This document shows, one piece after another, positions 1 through 10,444 of a DNA stretch of 64,000 nt. Source of the DNA: Candidatus Poribacteria bacterium. Its GTDB lineage: Bacteria > Poribacteria > WGA-4E > UBA9662. The stretch spans positions 1-64,000 of the forward strand of contig JAYGDX010000259.1 in assembly GCA_046582655.1 (NCBI GenBank), in the 5' to 3' direction. The notes below the pieces were generated by a model. The model searched no databases. It was not told the origin of the DNA and worked only from the letters and a program-made list of their open reading frames with translations. A program made the translations under genes and the position numbers. Position 1 is the first letter of the stretch. Each line of letters begins with the position of its first letter.

Positions 1-3000
1 AGGTGGACCAGATCATTGGAAGTGGTTCCGGTACGATGGGTACGCTAACTCACGTTTTTGTTGATAACGATACCGCTTTTCTTGCTGGCCTTAGCGGGAG
101 TGACGGGAAAGTTTCATACTTGACCGATATGAGTTCTCAAAAGCCGGACACTTTGAATCAGACGGGTCTTAGTCATTTCGCTGGAACGGGAGCAGAGTAT
201 ACTTTAACAGGTGGAGCGGTTCAGGAAATCTTCTATGATGACGGTGCCAACTCTTCCATGAGCAGTTCAAGCAAGTATATCTACGTATCCAACGGGACTA
301 GCACGGTTTACCGTTTCGACATGGCAACTCCGGGCAATAGTGTTTTGAGTTATGATTTAAGTGGTTATGGTATTTCCGCCGCTCAGGATATAGCTATCAG
401 GCACCCCAGCAGCACTGAGACACATCTGTATGTCACCGATGGCGGATCCGGCACGGCAGTCAAAGCCTTTGACATCTCCAGCGGTACTGCCAGCTCGCTC
501 ACTCTGGGAGGGATCACTACTGCTAATGACGTTTATGTTCATAGATCCTCGGGGACAGATCAGGCAATCAACTTTGTTACAGAGGCTAAGTTAACCACTT
601 TACCAACCACCAGTCAGCCGAACGTCTTTATGAGTCACTTTAACATGATGGAAAATGAAGGGGTTGCTGGCAATGATTTGGTTGGGCTGCTTAACGGCGC
701 ACAGTTTACACGGACGACAAACGAAGTGAATGATCTGGTTTCTGGTTTGAATCTCAAATTCATGGGCACGACACAGGTTGGGAAACCGGTTAGCCTGACT
801 ATAGACGTTGATACCGATTCTATTGTGACTTCGGTTCAGGATTTCGTGGAACAGTACAATGAAACCGAACAGTTGTTACGCAATACAGTTACGGCAAGAC
901 GGATCTTCAACCCCAAGACGGATGAAGAGCTTGTTCAGGGGGCGTTGGCAAATGACGTGACGCTCAGGGGGTTGTACCAGCGCCTAATGTCTTTGTCGGT
1001 CAAACCTGTTATCGGTGACGGTGAAGCTAAAAGGCTAAGTGATTTGGGAATCTCTCGTGGTAAGGCCGGATCGGTATCAATCGCTCAGGTCAGACAGGGT
1101 CTTGCCCTAAAAGTAGACGAGGGAAGACTCAGAAATGCAGTCTCAAGTGATCCGGAAGGGAGCGCCACAATTTTTGGTAGTATTGCTCAGCTGGGAACCA
1201 AAGCCCATCGACCAGTGTCTCGAGGATCGGAGGCTATTTTGACACTCGATACCAGGGATATGGCAACGTTGCGAGCGAATCTCGGTAAAACCTTGCTGAT
1301 ACAAGATTCCAGTAGCGATGCAATTGTGCCGGTAATCCTATCGGCCGTCTCCGGTTCTTCTTCCATTACGGTCAAAGGTGGTGTCTTGTATTCCAGTGAT
1401 TACACGACTTATCCTGGTCTGGTCGAGATTGATGGATTAGATCCGATTGTAATCTCCAGTATCATAGCAAGTCCATCTGAGAATAAAACAGTTCTGAAGA
1501 TCGAGGATGTTCAAGGTCTCAATGCCATCGTTGCCAGGTTGAACAACACTGTCAAGATCAGGAAAGGCGGGCTGAATATGTCATTCACTGCTAATGCAAG
1601 TGCTACGGGCCTCGATACCCTGACTTTCAGTACGACTGACGATATTGCCAGATTCCAGTATAACAGTGCAACTTTGAGCAGTAATATCAGTGATTCGGCA
1701 GCGACTATTACCGTCTCTTCAACAACCAGTTTTGACAGTTCTGGCGTGATTCGAATCGATTTCGAAGACATCGCCTACACGGGGAAGACCAGCACCACTT
1801 TTACCGGCTTGACAAGAGGCTATGGTCTCACAACGCGGCAAGCCCATACAGCCAATGCTACGACATATGATGGTGACGAATTGGTGTTTAAGGGATTTTC
1901 GGATGCCAGTGGTACAACGACTCTTGATTATGGAGAAGCGATCACTCTGAGGATTAGGGGAAAGAATACTACCAATAAAACTTTAAGTGTATATACTGAC
2001 AAAGACTTGGACAAAGCGGTTTTGGTTTCAGCAAAAAGACACAACGGTAAACTGACACATGTTGAAACAGATACATTGACGATGTCTGTAACGGATGTAG
2101 ATACGTCTAATAAGCTGGTGACGTTGGAAGGTTTCCTTGATGCGACGCTGTTCAATTCTTACGAATATTTCCGAACTGCACCACCAACAGGGACCGTCTC
2201 AACGACAAAGCTGTTTAAAATCGATGGTCAAACGTCGAATATCAGTGTGAAATCGATCATTCAGGCCGCGTCTAATCAATCGAAGATCCAACTTTTGTCT
2301 GCAGTTGTTGGTGATTATTCGGTTGGTGACAGTATTAGGTTGAAGCAGGGAAATAAAACCGACGATTTAAGGGTCACCAATGTAGACAATCGAGCCTCAC
2401 TGAATTTCTCAGCTGTTGCCTTACCGACGGAAGGGGCTAACGCTGATGCTGGTGGTGTTGCTACCGGTACGATGGGAGAAACACAAGTAAATATTCTTGG
2501 TAGTGATTTCCGCAAGTTTATCGGAAAAAGCCGAGTAACGCTGTATAATGGTTCTACCTCCACCGATCCGCTTTCAATCAATAGGATTACCAGTGGGGTG
2601 ATAACCGGTGTGACGCTGCCTTTTGACTTAACTTCCCCCACAACGTTGAGCCACGCGAGTACTGTTACAAATTCAGTGACTGGTAGAATCGATGACGACG
2701 CGACAACATTTTCGTTAGTCTCAACGTCAACCTTGGCCGCTTCCGGTATTATCAAGATTGGCAGTGAATATATTGCATATACGGGCAAATCGGGTAATAA
2801 CTTAACTGGCGGGATAAGAGGTGTGCATTCATCGACTGCAGCTACGCAAACCCACGGTGCTAGTGTTTTTGGAAATAAGCACCTTACCACTTTCAGTTCC
2901 TCTGTGCAAGCCTTGAGTCTCGGAGATGATCCCACCCACGCTAACTACGCCAAGTTTGCTGTTCGATATGGTAACGCGCGTACGATCATATCGCTGGACA

Positions 3001-3605
3001 CAACAAGCAGCGCCACAAGAGCTGAGTTGGCAACTGCTATCAACAATATTTCAGGTATCACCGCTGCGCTGACTTCTACATACAAATTATATGCTTTCAA
3101 TAATGTGGGAACCGATCCTATTACTTTTGAAACACTTTATGGAGGTACAAACCTACCGGATTTTCTGAGTTTATCCGAGCTTGGTTCCATCTATGTATCG
3201 ACGCCTAATATAACCCCGAATTTAGACGGTTACAGCAGCATTACGGAGGTTTATGAAGACACCATAACTGTTTCCGGACCTGTTACCTCTGTGGCAACGG
3301 GTGATTTGCTAGTGGATGGTGTGGCAGAAAACGTGCAGAACATGTTGGCGAGCTACACAAGGTTTGGTTCTGGCCTGATTAACTCGCGTGTTCAAACTAT
3401 TCGAGCTGGTTTAAAAGACGTAGCTAAAGACATGGAAGTCTTTGATGATAGGATGGTCGTGAAAGAAACGGAATTGATAATGGAATTTGCCAAGCTCGAA
3501 TCCGCCCTTGGGACCATGCAGACGCAAACACAATTCTTGAGAGTCCAGTTGGATTCATTGCAGAATACAATGAAAACGATAACAGGTAATCTTAGAAGAC
3601 GATAG
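1..3605 (+). CDS. fliD: Giant flagellar filament cap protein FliD (HAP2), 5'-partial, with large inserted domains
   Basis: FliD_C signatures: NGAQFTRTTNEVNDLVSGLNL, DTDSIVTSVQDFVEQYN, GALAND, LSDLGIS, LKVDEGRLRNAVSSDP, and C-terminal helices GLINSRVQTI...EFAKLESALGTMQTQTQFL. Followed by flgM. The frame is open at the window edge. Confidence 0.88.
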   Translation, partial: VDQIIGSGSGTMGTLTHVFVDNDTAFLAGLSGSDGKVSYLTDMSSQKPDTLNQTGLSHFAGTGAEYTLTGGAVQEIFYDDGANSSMSSSSKYIYVSNGTSTVYRFDMATPGNSVLSYDLSGYGISAAQDIAIRHPSSTETHLYVTDGGSGTAVKAFDISSGTASSLTLGGITTANDVYVHRSSGTDQAINFVTEAKLTTLPTTSQPNVFMSHFNMMENEGVAGNDLVGLLNGAQFTRTTNEVNDLVSGLNLKFMGTTQVGKPVSLTIDVDTDSIVTSVQDFVEQYNETEQLLRNTVTARRIFNPKTDEELVQGALANDVTLRGLYQRLMSLSVKPVIGDGEAKRLSDLGISRGKAGSVSIAQVRQGLALKVDEGRLRNAVSSDPEGSATIFGSIAQLGTKAHRPVSRGSEAILTLDTRDMATLRANLGKTLLIQDSSSDAIVPVILSAVSGSSSITVKGGVLYSSDYTTYPGLVEIDGLDPIVISSIIASPSENKTVLKIEDVQGLNAIVARLNNTVKIRKGGLNMSFTANASATGLDTLTFSTTDDIARFQYNSATLSSNISDSAATITVSSTTSFDSSGVIRIDFEDIAYTGKTSTTFTGLTRGYGLTTRQAHTANATTYDGDELVFKGFSDASGTTTLDYGEAITLRIRGKNTTNKTLSVYTDKDLDKAVLVSAKRHNGKLTHVETDTLTMSVTDVDTSNKLVTLEGFLDATLFNSYEYFRTAPPTGTVSTTKLFKIDGQTSNISVKSIIQAASNQSKIQLLSAVVGDYSVGDSIRLKQGNKTDDLRVTNVDNRASLNFSAVALPTEGANADAGGVATGTMGETQVNILGSDFRKFIGKSRVTLYNGSTSTDPLSINRITSGVITGVTLPFDLTSPTTLSHASTVTNSVTGRIDDDATTFSLVSTSTLAASGIIKIGSEYIAYTGKSGNNLTGGIRGVHSSTAATQTHGASVFGNKHLTTFSSSVQALSLGDDPTHANYAKFAVRYGNARTIISLDTTSSATRAELATAINNISGITAALTSTYKLYAFNNVGTDPITFETLYGGTNLPDFLSLSELGSIYVSTPNITPNLDGYSSITEVYEDTITVSGPVTSVATGDLLVDGVAENVQNMLASYTRFGSGLINSRVQTIRAGLKDVAKDMEVFDDRMVVKETELIMEFAKLESALGTMQTQTQFLRVQLDSLQNTMKTITGNLRRR

Positions 3606-3635
3606 CAAGTAGAAAGAAGAAATAAAGTTGATATA

Positions 3636-3956
3636 ATGAGAATAAAACGACCTGATTTAGATCGCCTAACCGCTTACGAGACCAATAAAGCGGAAAGGAA
3701 AAATGATGCGCGTAAGCTTGACCATAAAAGATCGAATTCGGCAGAGAAGCCTATCTTCGATATCTCTGATGAGTCGCGACTAATCCAACAGGTACGTGAG
3801 GCTCTCGACCGAATGCCGGACGTACGTCCCGAAATGGAAAAGTTGATGAAGGAACTTCAGCAGAAACTGGATGACGGAACCTATTTAGACGAAGTTTCCG
3901 GACAAGAAGTCTTAGCTGAAATAAAAAAAGTACTGACAGAAGAGAGGAATATTTGA
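3636..3956 (+). CDS. flgM: Anti-sigma-28 factor FlgM
   Basis: 106 aa with ISDESRLIQQVREALDRMPDVRPE...LQQKLDDGTY pattern; lies directly after fliD. Confidence 0.8.
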   Translation: MRIKRPDLDRLTAYETNKAERKNDARKLDHKRSNSAEKPIFDISDESRLIQQVREALDRMPDVRPEMEKLMKELQQKLDDGTYLDEVSGQEVLAEIKKVLTEERNI

Positions 3957-3964
3957 ACCTCAGT

Positions 3965-4345
3965 TGCTTAATTCCATTGGATATTGCTGGGAACCGTCTG
4001 AAAAAATTGCCGATATCGCCGATGACGGCGTAAAGATTCGGCATTACAAACAGCGTCAGGAGCGTTGGGAAGAACAATCCAAAAATTATAATATATGTCA
4101 GTAGCACCCAAATCGGTGATTTCCCACCTAAACCGATTGCCATTAGAATAAGTCCCGAAATTGTTGTCATGCTTATCAGAATAATTGGATGTAAGCATAA
4201 ACAACTACCGATTACAATTGCTTCCGTAACATCCCCGTTTCCTGATCTCCTTTTGTTGATAAAGTCAATCAAAACAATGGCGTCATTGACCACAATGCCG
4301 TAGAGGGCTGCAATTCCAAACATAGCAATTGAGCCCAGTGCCGCA
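3965..4345 (-). pseudogene. Remnant of an AcrB/AcrD/AcrF-family RND permease (last TM helices only)
   Basis: GIVVNDAIVLIDFIN...PIILISMTTISGL...PTLLTLFVMP; the conserved RLRP is degraded to CLHP; the rest of a roughly 1000-aa protein is absent. Confidence 0.8.
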
Positions 4346-4800
4346 CAGATGCAAAGCAAGTCACCATAGAGCAAGGGGGGTACTTCTACGTCATTAAACT
4401 TTTCCTGTTATAGAAATGGAACAATCGGTTGAGTTTTTATTCACTTTAGGGTGTGTTAGTGATATCGAATGACTCTGGGGCTACTAATCCGACCTGCTTT
4501 CTGGAGTGGCCGTCTACGCTGACAGACAAGACATATAGTGATTACCGGGAGGAGGAGCTTGGAAAGGGGACCGACATTGAGCTAAAGCTGATAGAGAAGA
4601 AAAGTCTGAAACGTCAATCGTCACCAAGGGTGAGGGGTACTCAATAGTATCATCGAAATCGGATGGAGATGGCAAACAGTTGAGCGAGAGGTTGCTACCC
4701 AATTGCGTCGTACGCGGCTAAAGGGTTGCAACTGAAGGCACTCTTATTTATCGTTGCTTTCAGTATCAATTGTCTTTCATTTTAAAGGAGGCAACTTGGG

Positions 4801-5881
4801 TTATTGGGCATGATTGAGCAATTTGTGTGATTTCAGTTGGTTGAAAGCACATGCCACGATCTGACGAATACGTTCGCGAGAAAGGTTGAATATATTACCA
4901 ACTTCTTGTAAGCTTCGTTCTCCTTCACCGTCCAAGCCGTATCGAAGTCGAAGAATTTTCTGCTCTCTCTGGCAGTTCGTTAACTAGCTGTCTGACAATT
5001 TTAGTTCTATTTTTATATATCAGATGGGCAAGTGGATCTAAAGTTGACGTGGATGAAACGCGATCATGAACTTCAAATTTGTCTTGAATTATTGGGTTGT
5101 CAGGCGAAACTGTCTGCGGCATTATTTGTTCTAGTGATTCAACCTTTTTAATGGACATACCGCTAACTTCAGCAATTTTATCTGATTCAGGTTCACGGAT
5201 ACCGGATTGGAGCAAGTAGTTTTTTGAACGTTTTAACTTTCTTAGCACATCAAAGACGTGCGCGGGGAGACGAATTGTGCGACCTCTATCAATTATCGCC
5301 TGGTTAATAGCTTGTTGTATCCACCATGAAGCATAGGTGCTGAATTTCACTCCACGTTCCCAGTCGAACCGGCTGGTTGCTTTGATCAAGCCGATATTTC
5401 CTTCTTGAATCAGATCTGTTAGATCTAAACCACGACCTTGATACCTTTTAGCAATGTGAACGGAAAGTTTCAAATTCCCTTCAATGATGCGATCCCTCGC
5501 TACGGAGATTCGTGAAGTTATAATGCGAATTTGCTGTTGTAGGTCTATTGTTTGAACCCACTTGTCCAGTACAAGGCTTTTATTATTTTGGGCGTCAAGT
5601 TTCTTTAGCGGCATCTGGCATTCTACTATACGTGTCTCCATCTTCTTGATTTTAGTAAAGAGATTCAATTCATCTTGGTATGATAAATCTGGAATACGTC
5701 CAATCTCACTCAGATAAATTTTCAGCATATCATTACTGTGGTCAGTCTGGGGGTAGCGCTTTGGAAGAGCTGGAGGATGGCTGAAATCAATTAAAAAAGA
5801 ATCCTGACAAATGTCGCCATCCGTTGGCATAGGCTTGAATTCATCAGTAGTCCCTTCAAGCTGGTCTCCAATTGATGTCAT
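4801..5881 (-). pseudogene. RpoD/RpoS-type sigma-70 factor, frameshifted just before region 4
   Basis: Regions 1.2, 2 and 3 present (YLSEIGRIP, DLIQEGNIGLIKA, KFSTYASWWI, RTIRLP). Region 4 (QKILRLRYGL...SLQEVGNIFNLSRERIRQI) continues in another frame after the (CT)4 tract at 4963-4970 and stops at 4801. Confidence 0.85.
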
Positions 5882-6127
5882 ATTCCCTACTTTTTGCAGA
5901 TATATTTGTTATCGCCTTACGAGCCAATTAATATTTGCATTACTTGATATTTTTATGCTGTTTCCATTTGGTGATTGTGAGCAAAATATATGCCGACTTC
6001 GAGACAATATAATCACTGCTTCCTTACCTATTGAAAAATTGCATGGTGGTATGGGGTAGGAGTGTCTCTATTATGTGACAGTGTTACTCAGAAGTTTTAG
6101 CTTGCTCCCGTTTGAGGCCAAGCATTT

Positions 6128-6679
6128 TCATTTTCCGATGAAGTCCTGTACAAAAAAGCCGAGGTTTATGTTTCTGATTGATTCGATAAAAATGCCGAGA
6201 TCACTCCCCCAACCGATGTCAGATCCCACTGTTTGTAAGTCCAGACTGGCCGAGTTGGTTAGGTACTTTAGATTTGCACCCACTGATATAATATCAGTCA
6301 GCACATAGCTATAGGTAAAGTGAAAGCTGTTACGGTTGACGGAAAGTTCATCATCTTCAAATCCAATCTGTCCCCAGTCTATTCCTACTGCTGTTCGTTC
6401 AGTGCGTGGCAAGACGAGGCTCAAATAGTTGTGTCTGAGTTGACCAAACAGTTTGGATGGACTTTGATTGAATTCAAAAGTGTATTCTTCAGACCGTGCG
6501 AGACCTCCAGGGTTTCGACGAATGGCAGCGCTACCTTCCGCTATAGCAATGAACGTTCCACCCATACCAATCGGGCGGGCACCTATTTCTGGGTGTTCTT
6601 CTTTAGAGAAAGATGGTATCCCCCCTGACAAAATGAAAATCGCAAAATAACAAAATAGCGTTTGATTTGACTTTACCAT
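6128..6679 (-). pseudogene. Truncated PorV/PorQ-like (UPF0164) outer-membrane protein, N-terminal part
   Basis: Signal peptide then GARPIGMGGTFIAIAEGSAAIRRNPGGLA and alternating beta-strands; ends after about 183 aa, too short for the barrel. Confidence 0.65.
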
Positions 6680-6693
6680 CTTTATAATGATAT

Positions 6694-6723
6694 ATACTAT
6701 GCGCGAGCCAGAGGTTTTGTCAA
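6694..6723 (-). promoter_or_regulatory. Putative sigma-70 promoter of the PorV-like gene
   Basis: TTGACA-N18-TAGTAT on the minus strand. Confidence 0.4.
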
Positions 6724-6732
6724 GTCTACCTG

Positions 6733-7476
6733 GTGAGTATGGAATTAACACTAGTGAAACTTAACCAACTGTCATGGTCACATAAAATTGTTGTCAGTCT
6801 GTTTGTATTAATGATGGGGTACTCCTATCTCTTTGCCCAGCTTAACCTGCAAATTAACACGCGGCGGGCAGACGGGGATACAAGTGGCTTAGGCTTAGCA
6901 ACAATCCGTGATATTGAGATCACTTACCGAGGAAATCGAGGACGAACCTTGCTTGGTAGCAAGATTAACGGTTCTATGGAGCAATATTTGTCAAGCCAAG
7001 AGGAAAAGATCTCTATCGAAGAGTGGATCGCACAAGGTCGTACAGAGCAGGGATATCAGGAAATCCAATATATATTTGAGGACAATTGCATTAGTTGCCA
7101 TCCTTATGATGAACGCCCAGATTATCCTTTAGAAACTTACAAACAGGTTTATGCTTCTGCTGAACCTGATATGGGGCCGTCAATTGGGTGGCTGGCGCGA
7201 TTTACACACTATCACGCTTTTGGTTTCGGAGTTTTCTCATTTTTACTTTCAATGATTTTCTTACTTACCTCCTTTCGTCCAACTATCCGACTGTTCGGTG
7301 CAGTACTCCCGTTTGTAGCCATGTTTATCGACATTACATCTTGGTGGTTAACCCGTTTGATTAGTCCCATCTTTGCCTACACTGTATATCTTGGTGGTAT
7401 GTTGATGGCAATTTCGTTAGCAACCATTATCATTGGTTCGATCTACGACATCTGGTTTAGTCAAGTGACTGAATGA
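6733..7476 (+). CDS. Membrane protein with one CxxCH heme-c motif (putative membrane cytochrome c)
   Basis: N-terminal TM helix, soluble domain with CISCH, then THYHAFG and three more TM helices. Confidence 0.65.
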   Translation: MSMELTLVKLNQLSWSHKIVVSLFVLMMGYSYLFAQLNLQINTRRADGDTSGLGLATIRDIEITYRGNRGRTLLGSKINGSMEQYLSSQEEKISIEEWIAQGRTEQGYQEIQYIFEDNCISCHPYDERPDYPLETYKQVYASAEPDMGPSIGWLARFTHYHAFGFGVFSFLLSMIFLLTSFRPTIRLFGAVLPFVAMFIDITSWWLTRLISPIFAYTVYLGGMLMAISLATIIIGSIYDIWFSQVTE

Positions 7477-8029
7477 TTAGAAGTTGTTTTAGAAGTAAAA
7501 AAATAAGTTTGCGTCGTTAAATGTCTTCTTCGTACTATGCTGTAAAAGGAAATTTTTATGGTATAAAGAGAAAAATTTATCGCGGGTGACCAATGGAAAG
7601 AAAACTTTGCGGATGGTAGTTTCGCTTCAGCTAAAAAGGGAGCTTCGGTGTTACAAAGAGCAAAGACGGAAAAGGTACGAAGTGGATGGTGGTATCTGAT
7701 GGCAAGGGGATATGTACCCTTATTCTTTCGGTGCTGATTTCGATTCGGCCCCGCTGGGTGAGGTAAAGTTATTGGAAGGATTGCAGTTCCGAGAATTTGG
7801 CTTGGCCATCCCAAAAGAACTGGCTAGGATTATTGCTGGCCGACCCGCTCAGTGAAAGGTTCGGCCAGCGTGACCTCGAATTTGTTATGCCGAAGAAAAA
7901 TGTCGGAATAGAGGTTGAATATGGCGATACGGGTATGATTGACTTGGATATGGTATGTCAGATGGCGCTAAAGAAGCAACGATAGCAAGGCAACGTCATT
8001 CCATATCGATGCCGAGGTACTTGGGTAAG

Positions 8030-10108
8030 TTAGAGTAGTTTGTCCAGGTCACCAACATCAGTTGTCGGTAGCTGGCAGGCGTAGTTCTGGCAAACATAGA
8101 TCGTTGTCTTCCCATCAATTGACGTTTTGCTGGCTAGTAGCGGTATCAGTTCTTCAATTTTCTGCCTGTCTTCTGTATTTGGATTCAATAGGGCGACCAC
8201 TTTATTAGGAACAAAGCGGCGATGGATATCCTTCAGAATTTCTTGTGTTTGTTCGCTTAATGGATTGCCGATGATAGCAATTTCTTTTGGAGTGTCAATT
8301 AGAAAATCAACTCCGCATAGCATCTGAGCTGATCCGGATGGTGCCGTTTTCATGGCGTGATCATAGAGTGAGAAAGTGGTCTTCGCTTTCTCAATCAAGT
8401 CGGGTTGGTTGAGAAGTATGGCTAGCCGTAACAGAACGTGAATAGCCATTGAAGCACCGGACGGCGTAGCCCCATCATAAGCTGACTTGGAACGGACAAT
8501 CAGTTCTGGATAATCTTTTCCGGTAAAGAAAAAACCGCCGTTTTGAGGATCCCAGAATTGGCTGATCATGATTTGATTAAGTCGATCTGCTTCTCTCAGC
8601 CAGTAGGGATCAAAGCTGGCTTGATAGAGTTCGATTAGCCCTGCAATGAAATAGGAATAATCCTCTAAACAGGCGTTCAGATGACTCTTACCAGCGCGAT
8701 GAGTTCGCAATAAATGCCCATTTTTTCGTACAAGTTCAGTCAGGATGAATTTGGCTGATTTTTCGGCAGCTTCCAGATAGCGTAGATCACCCAGTATTTG
8801 GTAAGCAAGTCCCATGCTGCGGATCATTAAGCCGTTCCAACTAGTCAGGATTTTGTCGTCTAGTCCAGGTTTGATTCGTTTGTCTCTGATCTCGAAAAGT
8901 TTCTTTTTACATCTATTTAGAATATTGACTAAATTAGCTTGATCAATTTTTATTTTTTTTGCATATAAGTCAGCCGGGGTTTTGACCCAGAGAATGTTTT
9001 GGTGCTCAAAATTGCCGTGGTCGGTGACATCGTAGAAATCGCAGAAAATTTTGGCATCGGCTTGACCAAGAATCTGCTCAACTTCACCCGGTGTCCAGAC
9101 AAAGAATTTCCCTTCCACTCCTTCACTGTCGGCATCCTGAGTGGAATAGAAACCACCATTTTGCTGATTGTACATTTCGCGTAAGACATAATCTAGTGTT
9201 TCTTCAACCACTTCTCGGTAAAAAGGTTTGCTGGTGGCTTGGAATGCTTCCAAATAAGCAACAGTCAGAAGTGAGTTATCGTAGAGCATTTTCTCAAAGT
9301 GGGGAACTAACCATATTTCATCAGTCGAATATCGGTGAAATCCACCTCCGAGTTGATCGTACATTCCGCCTCGCGCCATCTTTTCCAAGGTGAATTCGAC
9401 TATATGCAGTGCCCGTGAGTTTCCTGATCTTTTCCAGTATCTCAATAACAAAATCAATCCCATTCCGGGTGGGAATTTTGGTGCCTGACCAAATCCTCCA
9501 TGTTGACTGTCAAATCGGTTTTGATAGTGATAGAAAGCCTGTTCGATAATCTTGTCATCCAATAATAAATCGTCTACACTTTTCGGGTTAGAAATTTGGT
9601 TGATATGAGACACTAATTTTTCCGCTTGTTCATCAATATCTGCCCGTTTGTTTTGATAGGCATCCTTAACAGCCACCAGTAGTTTGGGAAAGCCGGGGCG
9701 TCCATACCGATCGTCGGGAGGGAAGTAGGTTCCGCCATAAAATGGTTTCCGATCTGGTGTCAAAAAGACTGTCATGGGCCACCCGCCGGAACCGGTCATA
9801 ATTTGAACGGCACTCATATAAATCTCATCCAGGTCAGGTCGTTCTTCTCGATCGACTTTAATATTGATGTAGTGCTTATTCATGATGGCAGCAATCTCTT
9901 CGTTTTCGAAAGATTCCCGTTCCATGACGTGACACCAGTGGCAAGCAGAATAGCCAATACTCAGCAGAATCGGTTTGTCCAGCTCTTTGGCTAGATTCAG
10001 CGCTTCTTCACCCCAAGGATACCAATCTACAGGGTTATGAGCGTGTTGTAACAAATATGGGCTGGTTTCATCGATCAATCGATTCGTGTGTTTAGGCGTG
10101 TTTTTCAT
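8030..10108 (-). CDS. yyaL: Thioredoxin-domain protein, YyaL/SSP411 (DUF255) family
   Basis: [51 protein letters not shown]. Confidence 0.95.
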   Translation of the reverse strand: MKNTPKHTNRLIDETSPYLLQHAHNPVDWYPWGEEALNLAKELDKPILLSIGYSACHWCHVMERESFENEEIAAIMNKHYINIKVDREERPDLDEIYMSAVQIMTGSGGWPMTVFLTPDRKPFYGGTYFPPDDRYGRPGFPKLLVAVKDAYQNKRADIDEQAEKLVSHINQISNPKSVDDLLLDDKIIEQAFYHYQNRFDSQHGGFGQAPKFPPGMGLILLLRYWKRSGNSRALHIVEFTLEKMARGGMYDQLGGGFHRYSTDEIWLVPHFEKMLYDNSLLTVAYLEAFQATSKPFYREVVEETLDYVLREMYNQQNGGFYSTQDADSEGVEGKFFVWTPGEVEQILGQADAKIFCDFYDVTDHGNFEHQNILWVKTPADLYAKKIKIDQANLVNILNRCKKKLFEIRDKRIKPGLDDKILTSWNGLMIRSMGLAYQILGDLRYLEAAEKSAKFILTELVRKNGHLLRTHRAGKSHLNACLEDYSYFIAGLIELYQASFDPYWLREADRLNQIMISQFWDPQNGGFFFTGKDYPELIVRSKSAYDGATPSGASMAIHVLLRLAILLNQPDLIEKAKTTFSLYDHAMKTAPSGSAQMLCGVDFLIDTPKEIAIIGNPLSEQTQEILKDIHRRFVPNKVVALLNPNTEDRQKIEELIPLLASKTSIDGKTTIYVCQNYACQLPTTDVGDLDKLL

Positions 10109-10444
10109 GTTGGGAATCTATGCTTTTGCAATGCAATATTTGAAAAGTGAACTTGCAAATTTCCGACTATAGGCCAATAATGCTATGGCGATTATATCAC
10201 CTTTCTGATGAAATGAGAAATCTGTTTACCAAATTGCATCTAGTAATCTACTGTCTCTGATCTTTTCTAGAAATTGTACTATGGTAACTGCACACGAATT
10301 TTTACTTGTGATATACTGAGGATTGTTCTTTTGGAGATGTTCCTTTTGCTGCGTTTAGATGAAATGATTGCTGTTGGCATGAAGGATAAGTTCTTAGTAC
10401 TATTACGATATTATCTAAGTTAAAATTGCAAAATAAGAATTGGG

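Noticed and set aside
3751..3960. RND ORF extension overlapping flgM
   Set aside because: Run-on of a remnant into the flgM antisense strand
4453..4702. Short ORFs between the RND remnant and the sigma gene
   Set aside because: No recognisable family
4665..4740. c-di-GMP-I riboswitch (GGCAAAC)
   Set aside because: Lacks the GNRA hairpin and GACGCAAA motif
5908..5940. Sigma-28 promoter for the sigma gene (GGCGATAA)
   Set aside because: No TAAA -35 at the right spacing
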